A stretch of DNA of 64,000 bases, taken from the NCBI GenBank assembly GCA_018819285.1, contig JAHJQM010000029.1, forward strand, positions 280 to 64,279, read 5' to 3'. The notes beneath the pieces were generated by a model that saw only the letters and a program-made list of their open reading frames with translations, ran no database searches and was not told the origin of the DNA. Origin of the DNA: Candidatus Omnitrophota bacterium. GTDB taxonomy: Bacteria > Omnitrophota > Gorgyraeia > Gorgyraeales > Gorgyraeaceae. The position numbers and the translations under genes were made by a program. Shown piece after piece: positions 28,243 through 38,623 of the stretch (position 1 is its first letter; each line of letters opens with the position of its first letter).

Positions 28243-29094
28243 TCACATATATTTCCCTATTATTATGTCCAGCTTTTCTTTTATGCGTTCGGGTATAAGT
28301 TTTTTGTCAGTCACTATAGCGTATTTAAGGGCGTCCCTGCAAGCGCATTTTCTTTCATCTTTAAGCTGGGGCAATACTTCTTTTATTAATTTTTTTGCTG
28401 TATCTACATTTTTCAGTAAATTTCCTATTACCATTTCAATGTTCACTTCTTCCTCATACCAGCAGTCATAATCAGTTACAAGAGCGATTGTCGCAAAACA
28501 CATTTCCGCCTCTCTTGCAAGCCTTGCCTCAGGCATATTAGTCATCCCTATAATATCCATACCCCAGCTTTTGTATAGATGAGACTCTGCCCTTGTAGAA
28601 AAAGCCGGGCCTTCCATATTAAGGTATATGCCTTTGTCGTGCATTGTAATCCCTGATTTTTTGCCTGTATCGTAAATTATTTTCCTTAGATGGCTGCACA
28701 CGGGATCTGCGAAACTTACGTGGGCGACTATGCCCTGTCCGAAAAATGTAGTTTTGCGGCCCTGATTGGTCCTGTCTACAAACTGATCAGGAAGCACTAT
28801 ATCCAGAGGCTTCAATTCTTTTTTAAAACTTCCTACCGCTGATATAGATAGCAGCTGTTCTACGCCAAGTTTTTTCATAGCGTATATATTTGCCCTGTAA
28901 TTGAGCTCTGTAGGTAAAATCGTATGGCCCCTTTTGTGCCGGGCTAGAAATACTACCTCCACGCCTTCGAGATTTCCGATAATAAAATTATCAGACGGCT
29001 CGCCAAAAGGCGTTTCCACTGTAATTTCCTTTATGTCTTTTAATACATCTATCTGATATAACCCGCTACCGCCAATAATCCCTACCTTCGGCAT
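28243..29094 (-). CDS. mtnP: S-methyl-5'-thioadenosine phosphorylase / purine nucleoside phosphorylase
   Basis: MPKVGIIGGSGLY. The track start is a TTG at 29118 that abuts REP-A copy 6. ATG 29094 with an AGGAGG SD (rc of 29099-29104) is more likely. Confidence 0.8.
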   Translation of the reverse strand: MPKVGIIGGSGLYQIDVLKDIKEITVETPFGEPSDNFIIGNLEGVEVVFLARHKRGHTILPTELNYRANIYAMKKLGVEQLLSISAVGSFKKELKPLDIVLPDQFVDRTNQGRKTTFFGQGIVAHVSFADPVCSHLRKIIYDTGKKSGITMHDKGIYLNMEGPAFSTRAESHLYKSWGMDIIGMTNMPEARLAREAEMCFATIALVTDYDCWYEEEVNIEMVIGNLLKNVDTAKKLIKEVLPQLKDERKCACRDALKYAIVTDKKLIPERIKEKLDIIIGKYM

Positions 29095-29119
29095 ACTTCC
29101 TCCTATCCTATAACCCAAT

Positions 29120-29154
29120 AAGTTGACACTCTAACATTGTCATGTTGTCAACTT
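29120..29154. repeat. REP-A copy 6 (aagttgacactctaacattgtcatgttgtcaactt; inner part diverged)
   Basis: The proC stop TGA (29140-29142) lies in the centre of the element. Confidence 0.8.
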
Positions 29155-29907
29155 GCTGGAGCGGTGGGCTGCGTGCTTAACCGCCTTTTTTAAGATTGCT
29201 TCTAATTTTTCCTGCTTAAACACCTTCAGGGCGGCTTCGGTGGTGCCGCCTTTGGAGGCAACCTTTTTTACCAGATCTTCTATGGGTAAATTTTTGGATT
29301 TAATAACCTCTGCTGCTCCGATAAATGTAGCCTTGGCTAATTTTAAGGCAAGGTCTTTTTTAAAACCTTGCGCCTCAGCTGCTTTGGCCAATAAATACGT
29401 GAATAAGAAATAATACGCAGGGCCTGAGCCGCTTACAGCAGTAACAGCGTCCATCATCTTCTCTTTAACCTCTACAATCTCGCCAAGATTTGAAAAAATC
29501 CTGTCCGCTATTTTAAAATCTTCTGCTTTAGCGAATCTACCGCGGCTTATGGCAGAAATGCCTTTTCCGACCATGGCAGGCATATTGGGCATAACCCTGA
29601 TTACCTTTATTCTGCCCAAAACCTTTTCTATAAAGAGCGTGGTTACGCCCGCAGCTATGGAAATAATAAGCTTTTCTTTTGCGTAAGGCTTTATGTCTTC
29701 TAAAACGCCTCTTATATCCTGCGGCTTTACAGCCAGGATGATAATATTTGACTGCCTGGCTAAATCAATATTATTACGAGCTATAGAAATATTTTTATAT
29801 TTAATGTTGCGTAATTTAGATATATCCGAGTCGCTAACGAGCACCTTCTCTTTAATGCCTAACGCTATTATCATTCCCATATTGCCTGCGCCGATAATGC
29901 TGATCAT
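29140..29907 (-). CDS. proC: pyrroline-5-carboxylate reductase
   Basis: MISIIGAGNMG Rossmann motif and P5CR C-terminal domain. Confidence 0.85.
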   Translation of the reverse strand: MISIIGAGNMGMIIALGIKEKVLVSDSDISKLRNIKYKNISIARNNIDLARQSNIIILAVKPQDIRGVLEDIKPYAKEKLIISIAAGVTTLFIEKVLGRIKVIRVMPNMPAMVGKGISAISRGRFAKAEDFKIADRIFSNLGEIVEVKEKMMDAVTAVSGSGPAYYFLFTYLLAKAAEAQGFKKDLALKLAKATFIGAAEVIKSKNLPIEDLVKKVASKGGTTEAALKVFKQEKLEAILKKAVKHAAHRSSKLTT

Positions 29908-29917
29908 ATTTTACCTC

Positions 29918-31063
29918 TTAGAAATACTCTGAAATAACAGATTTTATCTTTGTTATAAATCTACCCGCGAAGCCTATTGGCCCTGGCATGGATGCGTTGG
30001 GCCTTGTCGCAGCAATTAGTTTTTTTACCCCATGCTTCATAAGGCCGAGCGAGCACGCAAATGTTATATCATTGATCTTACCTTCAGATTTAAGGCTCCC
30101 TATGTTTACCGGCATCTTGAATACCTTTTCTATAGCTTCAATAAAGCCGTCCATCTTCGCAACGCCTCCTACCACGCTTACGTGCGGCAGGCTTTTTTTA
30201 TTCTTAAGGAACGGCTCCAGTTTTTTATGAATATCCTCTAATACTGCCTCTACCATTGGCGATAATAGATTTGTGATTTCGCTTTTTGTAACAAGTCCGT
30301 ATTTTATTTTCATGTCTTCTGCTTCGTCAAACATGATTTTAAGATTATCCTGCAGGGCCTGGGTAAGGTCGTCTCCGCCGAACGGAAAAGTAAAAGAGTC
30401 CAATATCTTTCCATCTATGAAAAGCGACGCCTCTGTGATCTCTTTACCCACATCTATAAGCACAGCTCCGTTCATGAGCTCCTCTTCTTTAAAAATAGCC
30501 AACCCTGTGCCTGCGCCTGAAACTATCAGCTCATCCGCTTCATATCCTGCCAGGTTTATTGCCTTTGTGATATTCTGTAAAACAGTAACAAGAGATGTAA
30601 TTATATTAAGGTCCACATCAAGCTTTGAACCGAACAAGCCTAGCGGGTCATTGATCTCCATTTTGTCGTCTATGAAAAACCTCACCGGCACCAGATGCAC
30701 TGCTTCCCTATCCAGAGACATAGCGATAACCTTGGCAGATTCTATGCACCTTTTTATGTCATCCTTCGTGATCTCGCTGGGCCTGTCAGAGATATGCACA
30801 GAGCCGCGGCTCTGAAATGTCCTTATGTGCACGCCTGAAACATTGGTTATAACCTTCCGCACCTTGACTTTGGCCATTTCTTCCGCTTTCATGACGCTAG
30901 TCTCTATTGCATCTGACAATAACCCGAGATTTGAAACCACGCTTTTAGAAAATCCCTTAGTAGGAGCCTGGCCAAATCCAAGCACATTCTGGTCAGAGTT
31001 TGCAATCAATACCCTGACATTAGAAGCGCCGATGTCTAAACCGCAGATTATATCTCTATTCAT
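29918..31063 (-). CDS. ftsA: cell division protein FtsA
   Basis: Actin-like ATPase with CGLDIGASNVR and the FtsA family. It is the last dcw gene here and no ftsZ follows. Confidence 0.85.
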   Translation of the reverse strand: MNRDIICGLDIGASNVRVLIANSDQNVLGFGQAPTKGFSKSVVSNLGLLSDAIETSVMKAEEMAKVKVRKVITNVSGVHIRTFQSRGSVHISDRPSEITKDDIKRCIESAKVIAMSLDREAVHLVPVRFFIDDKMEINDPLGLFGSKLDVDLNIITSLVTVLQNITKAINLAGYEADELIVSGAGTGLAIFKEEELMNGAVLIDVGKEITEASLFIDGKILDSFTFPFGGDDLTQALQDNLKIMFDEAEDMKIKYGLVTKSEITNLLSPMVEAVLEDIHKKLEPFLKNKKSLPHVSVVGGVAKMDGFIEAIEKVFKMPVNIGSLKSEGKINDITFACSLGLMKHGVKKLIAATRPNASMPGPIGFAGRFITKIKSVISEYF

Positions 31064-31074
31064 ATAAATAATTG

Positions 31075-31902
31075 TTATCTAGGCCCCACTATCGGGTCCT
31101 CAAAACGTAAATCTATATATTTCACTCTTTCTATATCATGACCCAGTTGTTCCAGCACTGTAGCGAGCACATCCAGCCTTTTATTAAACTCGCCTTCTCC
31201 TATCTTTATCTCAACCTTTTCAGCATTCTTAGCTGAAAGAAAAAAAGATATATTGCGGCTGTCAGCTATATCTATTGTTTTTATCTGGTATTTTGAAAGT
31301 TTTTTATTCATTGACAGCGCGCCTATAAGGAATAAGGCCTTGTTAATCTTCTCTTTCTGGGCCACGCTGCTCCTGAAAGGGCCGGCTACCCTGATACCTG
31401 AAATAATAGGGATATCTTCTCCCACAGAACTACTTGCATAGGGAAGAAAAACTCCGTCTTTATCTATAAAATACGGCTTGTCGTCATAAACTTGAGCTAC
31501 GGCCAGTCTTTGCCTTGCCTGAATAATTAATCTATTCGGCAATTCCCTTCTAATAACTATATCTCTTAATTCAGGGTGACTAGCCTCTATTTTTTCTTTA
31601 AAATTCTTCAGGTCCACCAGAAATATATTGGCGCCCAAAACATCCAAGGCATCAATGTCGCTGAAGTTTGTCCTCTGTAATACACCTTTCTGGTCATAAA
31701 ACCTTACATCCAGGCCTTTTACATTGAACAAATCAGAATCCACAAACATATATTGAAACGTCACGATGCCTACGCCAACGCCTGCCACAAGGATCGTCCA
31801 GAAAATAAATTTAAAGACTCCTTTAAAATTACGCCTAGGCCTAGATTGAGCTTCCTTCTTCTTTTTGTGTGAACGGACTTTTTGTCTTTTTATTTTTACC
31901 AT
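31075..31902 (-). CDS. ftsQ: cell division protein FtsQ/DivIB (POTRA)
   Basis: Basic N-terminus, single TM helix FIFWTILVAGVGVGIV, POTRA-like domain. Confidence 0.7.
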   Translation of the reverse strand: MVKIKRQKVRSHKKKKEAQSRPRRNFKGVFKFIFWTILVAGVGVGIVTFQYMFVDSDLFNVKGLDVRFYDQKGVLQRTNFSDIDALDVLGANIFLVDLKNFKEKIEASHPELRDIVIRRELPNRLIIQARQRLAVAQVYDDKPYFIDKDGVFLPYASSSVGEDIPIISGIRVAGPFRSSVAQKEKINKALFLIGALSMNKKLSKYQIKTIDIADSRNISFFLSAKNAEKVEIKIGEGEFNKRLDVLATVLEQLGHDIERVKYIDLRFEDPIVGPR

Positions 31903-32843
31903 GACGCTGACTCTAAAATTTTAAGGCAGAGGTCTTCAAATTCCATGCCGATGGCTCTAGCAGCCTTTGGAAGAAGACTTGTTTCTGTAAGGCCAGGTAT
32001 GGTATTTACCTCCAATACCACAGGCCCTTTCTTTTTATTCAATATAATATCTACGCGCGAAAACGACCGCGCCGAAAGAGCTTTATGAGCCCTAAGGCCT
32101 ATATCCTGGCACTTTTTATAAATGGCAATTTCTATCTTAGCAGGCACAATATATTCGGTAAGGCTGTTTTGGTATTTTGCAGTAAAATCAAAAAATTTTC
32201 TTTTTGGCAAAATCTCTACGATAGGCAAGGCCATGTCTTCTATTATGCCAACTGTAATTTCCCTGCCAGGGATGTATTCTTCAATTATCAATCTATTATC
32301 GTATTTAAATGCGTCTTCGATCGCAGCCTTCAGGCCTTTTCTGCTGCTGACTATATTCAGGCCTATGCTGGAGCCGCCGTTGGAAGGTTTAACAACAAGA
32401 CTGGACCCTAAATTTTTAAAATACACGCCTATATCGCAGCCTTTGTTGAAATTGTCCTTGGCTAGAATTTCATGCCTGGCAATCGGTATATCTTTTGATT
32501 TAAACATCTCTTTTGCAGCGATTTTATTCATTGCCACTCTGGATGCAGAAGATGAGCTGCCAGTATAAGGTATCTTCATTTTTTCAAGAAGCCCTTGCAC
32601 TGTGCCGTCTTCTCCAAATTCTCCGTGAAGCGCAACAAATGCCACGTCTATTCTCAGCAAAGCAAGCTTTTTAGCTACAGATTCTTTATAACCGTTTATA
32701 TTAGGTCCTGGCATAAGCTCTACAGGAACATAATCTATCCGCTTTGCTTCAAGCGCCTTGCAGACTGCCTTGCCTGATTTTATAGAAATCTCCCTCTCGG
32801 AAGATGGCCCGCCCATTAATACGCCGACTCTTTTATTTTTCAT
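31896..32843 (-). CDS. ddl: D-alanine--D-alanine ligase
   Basis: VGVLMGGPSSEREISIKSG with ATP-grasp. Confidence 0.9.
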   Translation of the reverse strand: MKNKRVGVLMGGPSSEREISIKSGKAVCKALEAKRIDYVPVELMPGPNINGYKESVAKKLALLRIDVAFVALHGEFGEDGTVQGLLEKMKIPYTGSSSSASRVAMNKIAAKEMFKSKDIPIARHEILAKDNFNKGCDIGVYFKNLGSSLVVKPSNGGSSIGLNIVSSRKGLKAAIEDAFKYDNRLIIEEYIPGREITVGIIEDMALPIVEILPKRKFFDFTAKYQNSLTEYIVPAKIEIAIYKKCQDIGLRAHKALSARSFSRVDIILNKKKGPVVLEVNTIPGLTETSLLPKAARAIGMEFEDLCLKILESASW

Positions 32844-33754
32844 ATTATCTTTAATTCAAGTTCCAGGTTTATGTCGAATTTCTGCTTAACGCCTGCCCTG
32901 GCTAAATCTATCAGGCCCAAGACATCATTTGCTGTTGCTTTGCCAAGGTTCACTATAATATTTGCGTGAACTTTAGAGATCTCCGCGTCGCCTATCCTTT
33001 TGCCTTTCAAGCCGCAGGATTCTATCAACATTCCCGCTGACTTATAAGGGCTGGGATTTTTAAATATACTGCCTGCATTTGGAAAACCTATTTTAGCAAG
33101 CCAATCTCGTTTTTTATTAAACGCCTTGATCCTATCCTGGATATTAATTTTATTGTCTTTTTCGAGCTTTAGCCTTGCGCCTAAAATAATCTTTCTTTCC
33201 AGGCCTGAAGAGCGGTATTTAAAATCTATATCTCTTTTGTCCAGGGTTTTTATTTTCCTATCCTTAAGATCTAAAATTTCCACGTCTAATATTATATCTT
33301 TTATCTCAATAAATTCAGCCGGGCATTCCAGGCTTCGAACGCCTGCGTTCATAAAAATCGCGCCGCAGAGATTTCCTGGCAGCCCTGCTAGAAATTCGCA
33401 ACCTGCCAGGCTATTATCAAAAGCATATTTTGTTAATCTTGCCAGACTGAGCCCGGCGCCTGCTTTTATTATGACTTCTTTTTCTGTTTCTATTTTTTCA
33501 AAACCTTTGGCCAGGTGTATTATTGCCCCGTTAAAACCTTCGTCTTTAACTAACAGGTTTGTGCCCTTGCCTAGTATGATAAATTTTTTATTTTTAGCCT
33601 CTATAAAATTAATCGCTTCTAAAATGCCGTCTGAATTTTCAGGCTCTATCCAGCAATACGCAGGGCCCCCGATCTTAAAACTTGTATGCCGGGATAGCGG
33701 CTCATTGTATATTATCATGTACATTAGCATTAATTTCTTCCAGGGTCTTGGCAA
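32840..33754 (-). CDS. murB: UDP-N-acetylenolpyruvoylglucosamine reductase
   Basis: FAD-binding PCMH domain HTSFKIGGPA. Confidence 0.85.
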   Translation of the reverse strand: MPRPWKKLMLMYMIIYNEPLSRHTSFKIGGPAYCWIEPENSDGILEAINFIEAKNKKFIILGKGTNLLVKDEGFNGAIIHLAKGFEKIETEKEVIIKAGAGLSLARLTKYAFDNSLAGCEFLAGLPGNLCGAIFMNAGVRSLECPAEFIEIKDIILDVEILDLKDRKIKTLDKRDIDFKYRSSGLERKIILGARLKLEKDNKINIQDRIKAFNKKRDWLAKIGFPNAGSIFKNPSPYKSAGMLIESCGLKGKRIGDAEISKVHANIIVNLGKATANDVLGLIDLARAGVKQKFDINLELELKII

Positions 33755-35096
33755 TCTTGAAAGGCAATTCCCCTATATCGCCCGCCCCTAATAAAAATAC
33801 CGCGTCGCCCGGTTTTACCACATCTATCAAATGTTTTATTATATCACTTCTTGAAACAAAATGCGCATCTTTATGGCCGCATTTTATGGCGCTATCGCAT
33901 ACATCTCTCCCGCTTACGCCTTCAATAGGCTTCTCATTCGCGGAATATATATCAGTCACCACCAAGTGGTCCACCATGTCAAAGCATTCACCAAACTGAT
34001 CTTTCAGATCCTTGGTCCTGGAAAACCTGTGCGGCTGAAAAACAGCTACCAAGCGCCTGCCTGAGTCCTCCATTGATTTGAGGGTAGCCTTTATCTCCGT
34101 AGGATGATGGGCGTAATCGTCTATAACAAGGATATCGGAACCCAGCTGGGTTATCCTGAACCGCCTGTCAGCGCCTTTAAATTCCCCGATTATATCTTTT
34201 ATAATATTAAAATTCAAGCCCAGCTCCATTGCCACTCCTATGGCAGCCAAGCTGTTTACTACGTTATGCACCCCTGGTATTGAAAGCTTTATCCTGCCCA
34301 GTTTCGCGCCTTTATATCTTAAATCAAATTCAGAACCGCTTAAGTTCATTAATTTTATATTTTCCGCTTTTATGTCCGCGTAATCAGAGATCCCGTATTT
34401 TAAAATCCTTTTTTCGGACTGGCGCGCTATATTTTTTAAATACTCGTCTTCAGCGCATATAAAAGCGCAGCCTTCGTCCTTTGTATTGCTGATAAACTGT
34501 TTATAGGCGCTCAGGACATTCTCCATCGTGCCGTAATAATCCATATGTTCCCTGTCTATATTGGTGCTGACAGAATATAACGGGTTAAGCAATACAAAAG
34601 AGCCGTCTGACTCGTCAGCTTCTGTAACCATGATATCGCTTTGGCCATACCTTGCGTTGCCTTTCAAAAAATGCACGTCAGCCCCTATAAATATAGTAGG
34701 GTCAAGCCCGGCATTTAGCAATAGAATGGAGACAAGCGACGTAGTGGTAGTCTTGCCGTGCGCGCCTGAAATAGCTATTGCCTTTTTATCCTGCATCAGC
34801 ATTGCCAGCGCTTCCATGCGTTTCAGTATGGGCAGGCCCTTGAGCTTAGCGGCCATGTACTCCGGATTAGTGTCTTTTATGCACGAAGAATATATGATAA
34901 AATCAGCGCCGTCTATATTTTCCGACCGATGGCCTATTTTAATATTTACGCCCATCTTTTCAAGCCTGTCAGTGGACCTTGAATTCCTCAAATCAGATCC
35001 CTGTACCGAATAACCGTAACAATGAAACACCTCTGCGAGACCGCTCATGCCTATGCCGCCTATTCCTATAAAATGCACAGTCTTCCCTTTTATCAT
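33702..35096 (-). CDS. murC: UDP-N-acetylmuramate--L-alanine ligase
   Basis: HFIGIGGIGMSGLA and Mur ligase P-loop GAHGKTTTTS. Confidence 0.9.
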   Translation of the reverse strand: MIKGKTVHFIGIGGIGMSGLAEVFHCYGYSVQGSDLRNSRSTDRLEKMGVNIKIGHRSENIDGADFIIYSSCIKDTNPEYMAAKLKGLPILKRMEALAMLMQDKKAIAISGAHGKTTTTSLVSILLLNAGLDPTIFIGADVHFLKGNARYGQSDIMVTEADESDGSFVLLNPLYSVSTNIDREHMDYYGTMENVLSAYKQFISNTKDEGCAFICAEDEYLKNIARQSEKRILKYGISDYADIKAENIKLMNLSGSEFDLRYKGAKLGRIKLSIPGVHNVVNSLAAIGVAMELGLNFNIIKDIIGEFKGADRRFRITQLGSDILVIDDYAHHPTEIKATLKSMEDSGRRLVAVFQPHRFSRTKDLKDQFGECFDMVDHLVVTDIYSANEKPIEGVSGRDVCDSAIKCGHKDAHFVSRSDIIKHLIDVVKPGDAVFLLGAGDIGELPFKIAKTLEEINANVHDNIQ

Positions 35097-36154
35097 CTAT
35101 AAAGCTCCTTTATTAAAATTTTACACGCGTCTGGTTTGTCAATGCGTTTCGCCCTGTCCGACATGTCTCTCAAAATATCCCTATCCATTAATTTCAATAT
35201 AGCGTCCCGCATGGCGCAAGGAGTCAAATTTTTCTCTTCCAGCAATACGCCGGAGCCTATTTTTTCAAGGACCATTGCGTTAAGTTTCTGATGGCCGCCT
35301 GCATACGGGTAAGGCACCAGTATCGCCGGTATCTCAAGCGTCAATAATTCAGATACTGTCATAGCACCTGCCCTAGAAATTACAAAATCGCATTCATTAT
35401 AAAGCCTCTCCATATGTCCTGTAAAGGAAAATACCCTGTTTTTTATTCCTACTTTTTCGTAAGATTTTTCCACCTCTTCCAAATCGTTTTTCCCTGCAAT
35501 ATGAATAAAATTCAGCATATTTCTATTGTCTTTCTCTATAAGGCCTGCTGCCTCAGGCACCATAGCGTTCAATTTATGAGCGCCCTGACTGCCTCCTATT
35601 ATAAGCACGTTAAAAGAATCCGCAGCCTTTAGCCTGTTATCCTTTTTAAGCCCCTCTCTTAGCGGATTTCCCGAGAAAATAATCTTTGATTCAAAGCTTT
35701 TCAAATAGCTTTTTGCATCTAGAAAACCTATGGCGATTTTATTTACAAATCTAGCCAGAATCCTGTTTGCTTTGCCAGGGCATACATTCTGCTCATGTAT
35801 AATTGTCCTTACGCCTGAAAGACTTGCCAGTAAAACTATGGGGCCTGAAACATATCCTCCGAAACCCACCACGGTATCAGGCTTAAATTTCAAAAGTAAG
35901 TACAGAGATTCTATTGTTCCTATAAAAAGTCTTGCTAAAAAATTTAATACGCTAAAGATATTTTTAGATTGAAGTGATCTTATAGGTAAAGTTGTGAAAT
36001 CTACGCCTTTCCCAGAGATAATTTCTCTGTCCTGTTTTCTGGAAGATATTACAAATAAAACCTGCCCGATATTTCTTATTTTTATATCCCTGGCTAACAC
36101 TAGAGCCGGCAATATATGCCCGCCTGTCCCCCCTGCGACTATCAATACCTTCAT
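35093..36154 (-). CDS. murG: UDP-GlcNAc:undecaprenyl-PP-MurNAc-pentapeptide GlcNAc transferase
   Basis: GT28: IVAGGTGGHILPAL. Confidence 0.9.
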   Translation of the reverse strand: MKVLIVAGGTGGHILPALVLARDIKIRNIGQVLFVISSRKQDREIISGKGVDFTTLPIRSLQSKNIFSVLNFLARLFIGTIESLYLLLKFKPDTVVGFGGYVSGPIVLLASLSGVRTIIHEQNVCPGKANRILARFVNKIAIGFLDAKSYLKSFESKIIFSGNPLREGLKKDNRLKAADSFNVLIIGGSQGAHKLNAMVPEAAGLIEKDNRNMLNFIHIAGKNDLEEVEKSYEKVGIKNRVFSFTGHMERLYNECDFVISRAGAMTVSELLTLEIPAILVPYPYAGGHQKLNAMVLEKIGSGVLLEEKNLTPCAMRDAILKLMDRDILRDMSDRAKRIDKPDACKILIKELYR

Positions 36155-36165
36155 AAAACCCTCCT

Positions 36166-36200
36166 AAGTTGACACTCTAACAATGTTAGAATGTCAACTT
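36166..36200. repeat. REP-A copy 7 (aagttgacactctaacaatgttagaatgtcaactt; 1 mismatch)
   Basis: Sits in the 48-bp ftsW-murG intergenic space, 3 nt after the ftsW stop and just before the murG SD. Confidence 0.85.
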
Positions 36201-36202
36201 AG

Positions 36203-37297
36203 CTAAGAATTAGAGATGTTGATTAGCATGGCAACGGCGATGATGTTAAAAATCAACGCTGTGCCGCCATAGCTAATAAAAGGCAAAGGCAGCCCCTTTG
36301 TGGGTATTGCTCCTGTTGAAACAGCTATATTTATGACTGCCTTCAAGCCAATGCTAGTGGTTATGCCAAGACCGAGAAGCCTGCCGAATAAATCCTTCGC
36401 CTTTATTGAAATTTGTATGCCGATCCACACAAACGCCACGAATAACGCTACGACCGACAAGGTTCCTATAAGCCCTGCTTCTTCTCCTATTATTGAAAAT
36501 ATAAAATCTGTGTGCGCCTGAGGCAGGTAAAAAAGTTTTTGTTTTGAACAACCCAGGCCAAGCCCAAAAATACCGCCTGAACCAAGCGCAAGAAATGACT
36601 GTATTATCTGAAAACCAGCTCCTTGAGTATCACTCCAAGGGTCAAGATAACTTGCGATACGCCGCAGCCTGTATGCGACTTTAAATATCAGAAAATAAAA
36701 AATTGGGATTATCAGGATTAAAAAAGGCAAAAAATACACCATATTGACTCCTGAAACAAACATCATGATAAGGCCTACCGCAAGGATGCAAACAGAACTC
36801 CCTAAGTCAGGCTGCAAAAGTATCAATAAAACTGAAAAACCAAGTACCATTAAAGGCGGCATGAAACCCTGCATGAAATTTCTTATTACAGGCTGTTTTC
36901 TGTCTAGAATATCTGCTATGTAAACTATAAGGAAAAACCCAGCAAATTCTGAAGGCTGGAACCCTATAAAACCAAGCTTTACCCACCTTTTTGCGCCGCC
37001 TGCTTCACGGCCTATGCCAGGAAGAAGTGTCAATATAAGACCTATTATTGAAATTGCAAGAAATAGTTTAGTGTATTTCTTTAAATTTTTATAATCATTC
37101 TTTAAGAAAAACATTGCGAGTAAAAGGCCTAAGGTAAAATGCATTAGATGCCTTTTTAAATAATATGCGCTGTCATTATACTGCTCGTACGCATAACAAC
37201 TAGAGGCAGAGTATATCATTACTATGCCTATGCACAAAAGTATTGTGGCTATTATTAAAAGATTCTGGCTGTCTTTATTTAGATTTTCTAATTTCAT
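36203..37297 (-). CDS. ftsW: peptidoglycan glycosyltransferase FtsW (SEDS family)
   Basis: Polytopic FtsW/RodA/SpoVE family. Confidence 0.85.
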   Translation of the reverse strand: MKLENLNKDSQNLLIIATILLCIGIVMIYSASSCYAYEQYNDSAYYLKRHLMHFTLGLLLAMFFLKNDYKNLKKYTKLFLAISIIGLILTLLPGIGREAGGAKRWVKLGFIGFQPSEFAGFFLIVYIADILDRKQPVIRNFMQGFMPPLMVLGFSVLLILLQPDLGSSVCILAVGLIMMFVSGVNMVYFLPFLILIIPIFYFLIFKVAYRLRRIASYLDPWSDTQGAGFQIIQSFLALGSGGIFGLGLGCSKQKLFYLPQAHTDFIFSIIGEEAGLIGTLSVVALFVAFVWIGIQISIKAKDLFGRLLGLGITTSIGLKAVINIAVSTGAIPTKGLPLPFISYGGTALIFNIIAVAMLINISNS

Positions 37298-38558
37298 TTA
37301 TAAGTTCCTTGAAAATTTTGCCGCGCTCTTCGTAACTTTTGAACATATCAAAGCTGGAGCACCCGGGAGAAAGTAAAACCCTGCCTCCTTTTTTAGCCCT
37401 TTTGAACCCTTTAGATACAGCCTGACTGAAGGAGTCTGCTTCAAATATAGGTTTTACTCCGCCTAAGCCTTTTTTAATCTGAAGTCTGGCCTCGCCTATT
37501 GAAATTATATAATCCACCTTTTTTTCGACTAGAGGCTTTAATAAACCGAAGTCGCCTCCTTTATATCTTCCGCCTATGATAAGGATAATATTTTTTTCCA
37601 GAGACTCTAGCGCCCATCCCACGCTTGAAACAGTCGTGGCCTTTGAATCATTTATAAACTCAACGCCATTTATATTGGCAACATGTTCCAATCTGTGTTC
37701 TATGCCTTTAAAATTCCTAATCACTTCCAGCATTTTATTTTCATCTACGCCCATAATGGAAGCTGCTGACATAGCTGCAAGAAAATCTTCATTCAATATG
37801 CTGTGTCTTTGGCCAAAATCTTTATATTCATTAAAAAATTCAACCTGCGGCCCTTTTACCGCGGCCGCAATTTCCCTTAAATATTCGTCATTTTTATTTA
37901 AAAAAAGTACGTCTTTTGTATCCTGATTTAGAAAAATCCTGCATTTGGCAGAGATATACTCATGCATATCCTTATGCCTGTCCAGATGATTGTCAGAAAT
38001 ATTCAACATTATACTTACCTTTGGTTTGAATTTATCGATAAGTTCCAGCTGGAAAGAACTCACTTCCAGAACCACTATAGAATCTTTTTTTATCCGATTT
38101 ATCTCTCCGGAGAAAGGGTTGCCGATATTGCCGCATACGATTGCGTCAAGCCCTGAGCTTTTAAGCATCTGGCCTATAAGGGTTGCAGTGGTGGTTTTGC
38201 CGCTAGTGCCTGTTACGGCAATTATAGACGTAGACGCGGGGCACATTGTATAGGCTAATTCCAATTCGGTTATTACAGGAATTTTCTTCGCTTCAGCTAA
38301 TTTAATGGGCAGGCTATCGCGTCGAACCCCAGGGCTTACTACCATGTAGTCTGATTTTTTTATAAATTTATCCGAATGAGCGCCCAGTTCTATATTTTCC
38401 GGCTTAATTACGCCTTCCTTAATCAATAAATCTCTGGATTTTTTTGCAGCTTTGTCATTTTTAAGCTCTGTGATAAAGACAGTATTTTTGCGGTTTGCAA
38501 GAAGCCGAGCTGCCTCAATCCCGCTCTTTGCCAGACCAACTATCACCACTTTTGCCAT
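37275..38558 (-). CDS. murD: UDP-N-acetylmuramoylalanine--D-glutamate ligase
   Basis: Mur ligase P-loop GTSGKTTTA. Confidence 0.9.
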   Translation of the reverse strand: MAKVVIVGLAKSGIEAARLLANRKNTVFITELKNDKAAKKSRDLLIKEGVIKPENIELGAHSDKFIKKSDYMVVSPGVRRDSLPIKLAEAKKIPVITELELAYTMCPASTSIIAVTGTSGKTTTATLIGQMLKSSGLDAIVCGNIGNPFSGEINRIKKDSIVVLEVSSFQLELIDKFKPKVSIMLNISDNHLDRHKDMHEYISAKCRIFLNQDTKDVLFLNKNDEYLREIAAAVKGPQVEFFNEYKDFGQRHSILNEDFLAAMSAASIMGVDENKMLEVIRNFKGIEHRLEHVANINGVEFINDSKATTVSSVGWALESLEKNIILIIGGRYKGGDFGLLKPLVEKKVDYIISIGEARLQIKKGLGGVKPIFEADSFSQAVSKGFKRAKKGGRVLLSPGCSSFDMFKSYEERGKIFKELINEIRKSK

Positions 38559-38577
38559 ACTTCATCTTCTCCTTAAG

Positions 38578-38616
38578 CAACTTTACACAAGCGGCATTGT
38601 CGGTTGTGTAAAGTTG
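38578..38616. repeat. REP-A variant (caactttacacaaGCGGCATTGTCGGttgtgtaaagttg; 13-bp perfect arms)
   Basis: Arms AACTTTACAC versus AAGTTGACAC of the main family share the ACAATGT/ACATTGT core. Ends 8 nt after the mraY stop. Confidence 0.75.
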
Positions 38617-38623
38617 TTACATA

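Noticed and set aside
28241-28400. Expected T-box leader upstream of ileS
   Set aside because: ileS begins 1 nt after the mtnP stop, so there is no leader region.
29918-31063. ftsZ downstream of ftsA
   Set aside because: The next gene is proC. No tubulin-like GGGTGSG motif appears anywhere in the window.
36354-36551. Small minus- and plus-strand ORFs nested in ftsW, ileS, murC and other long genes
   Set aside because: They are out-of-frame overlaps inside well-supported conserved genes.
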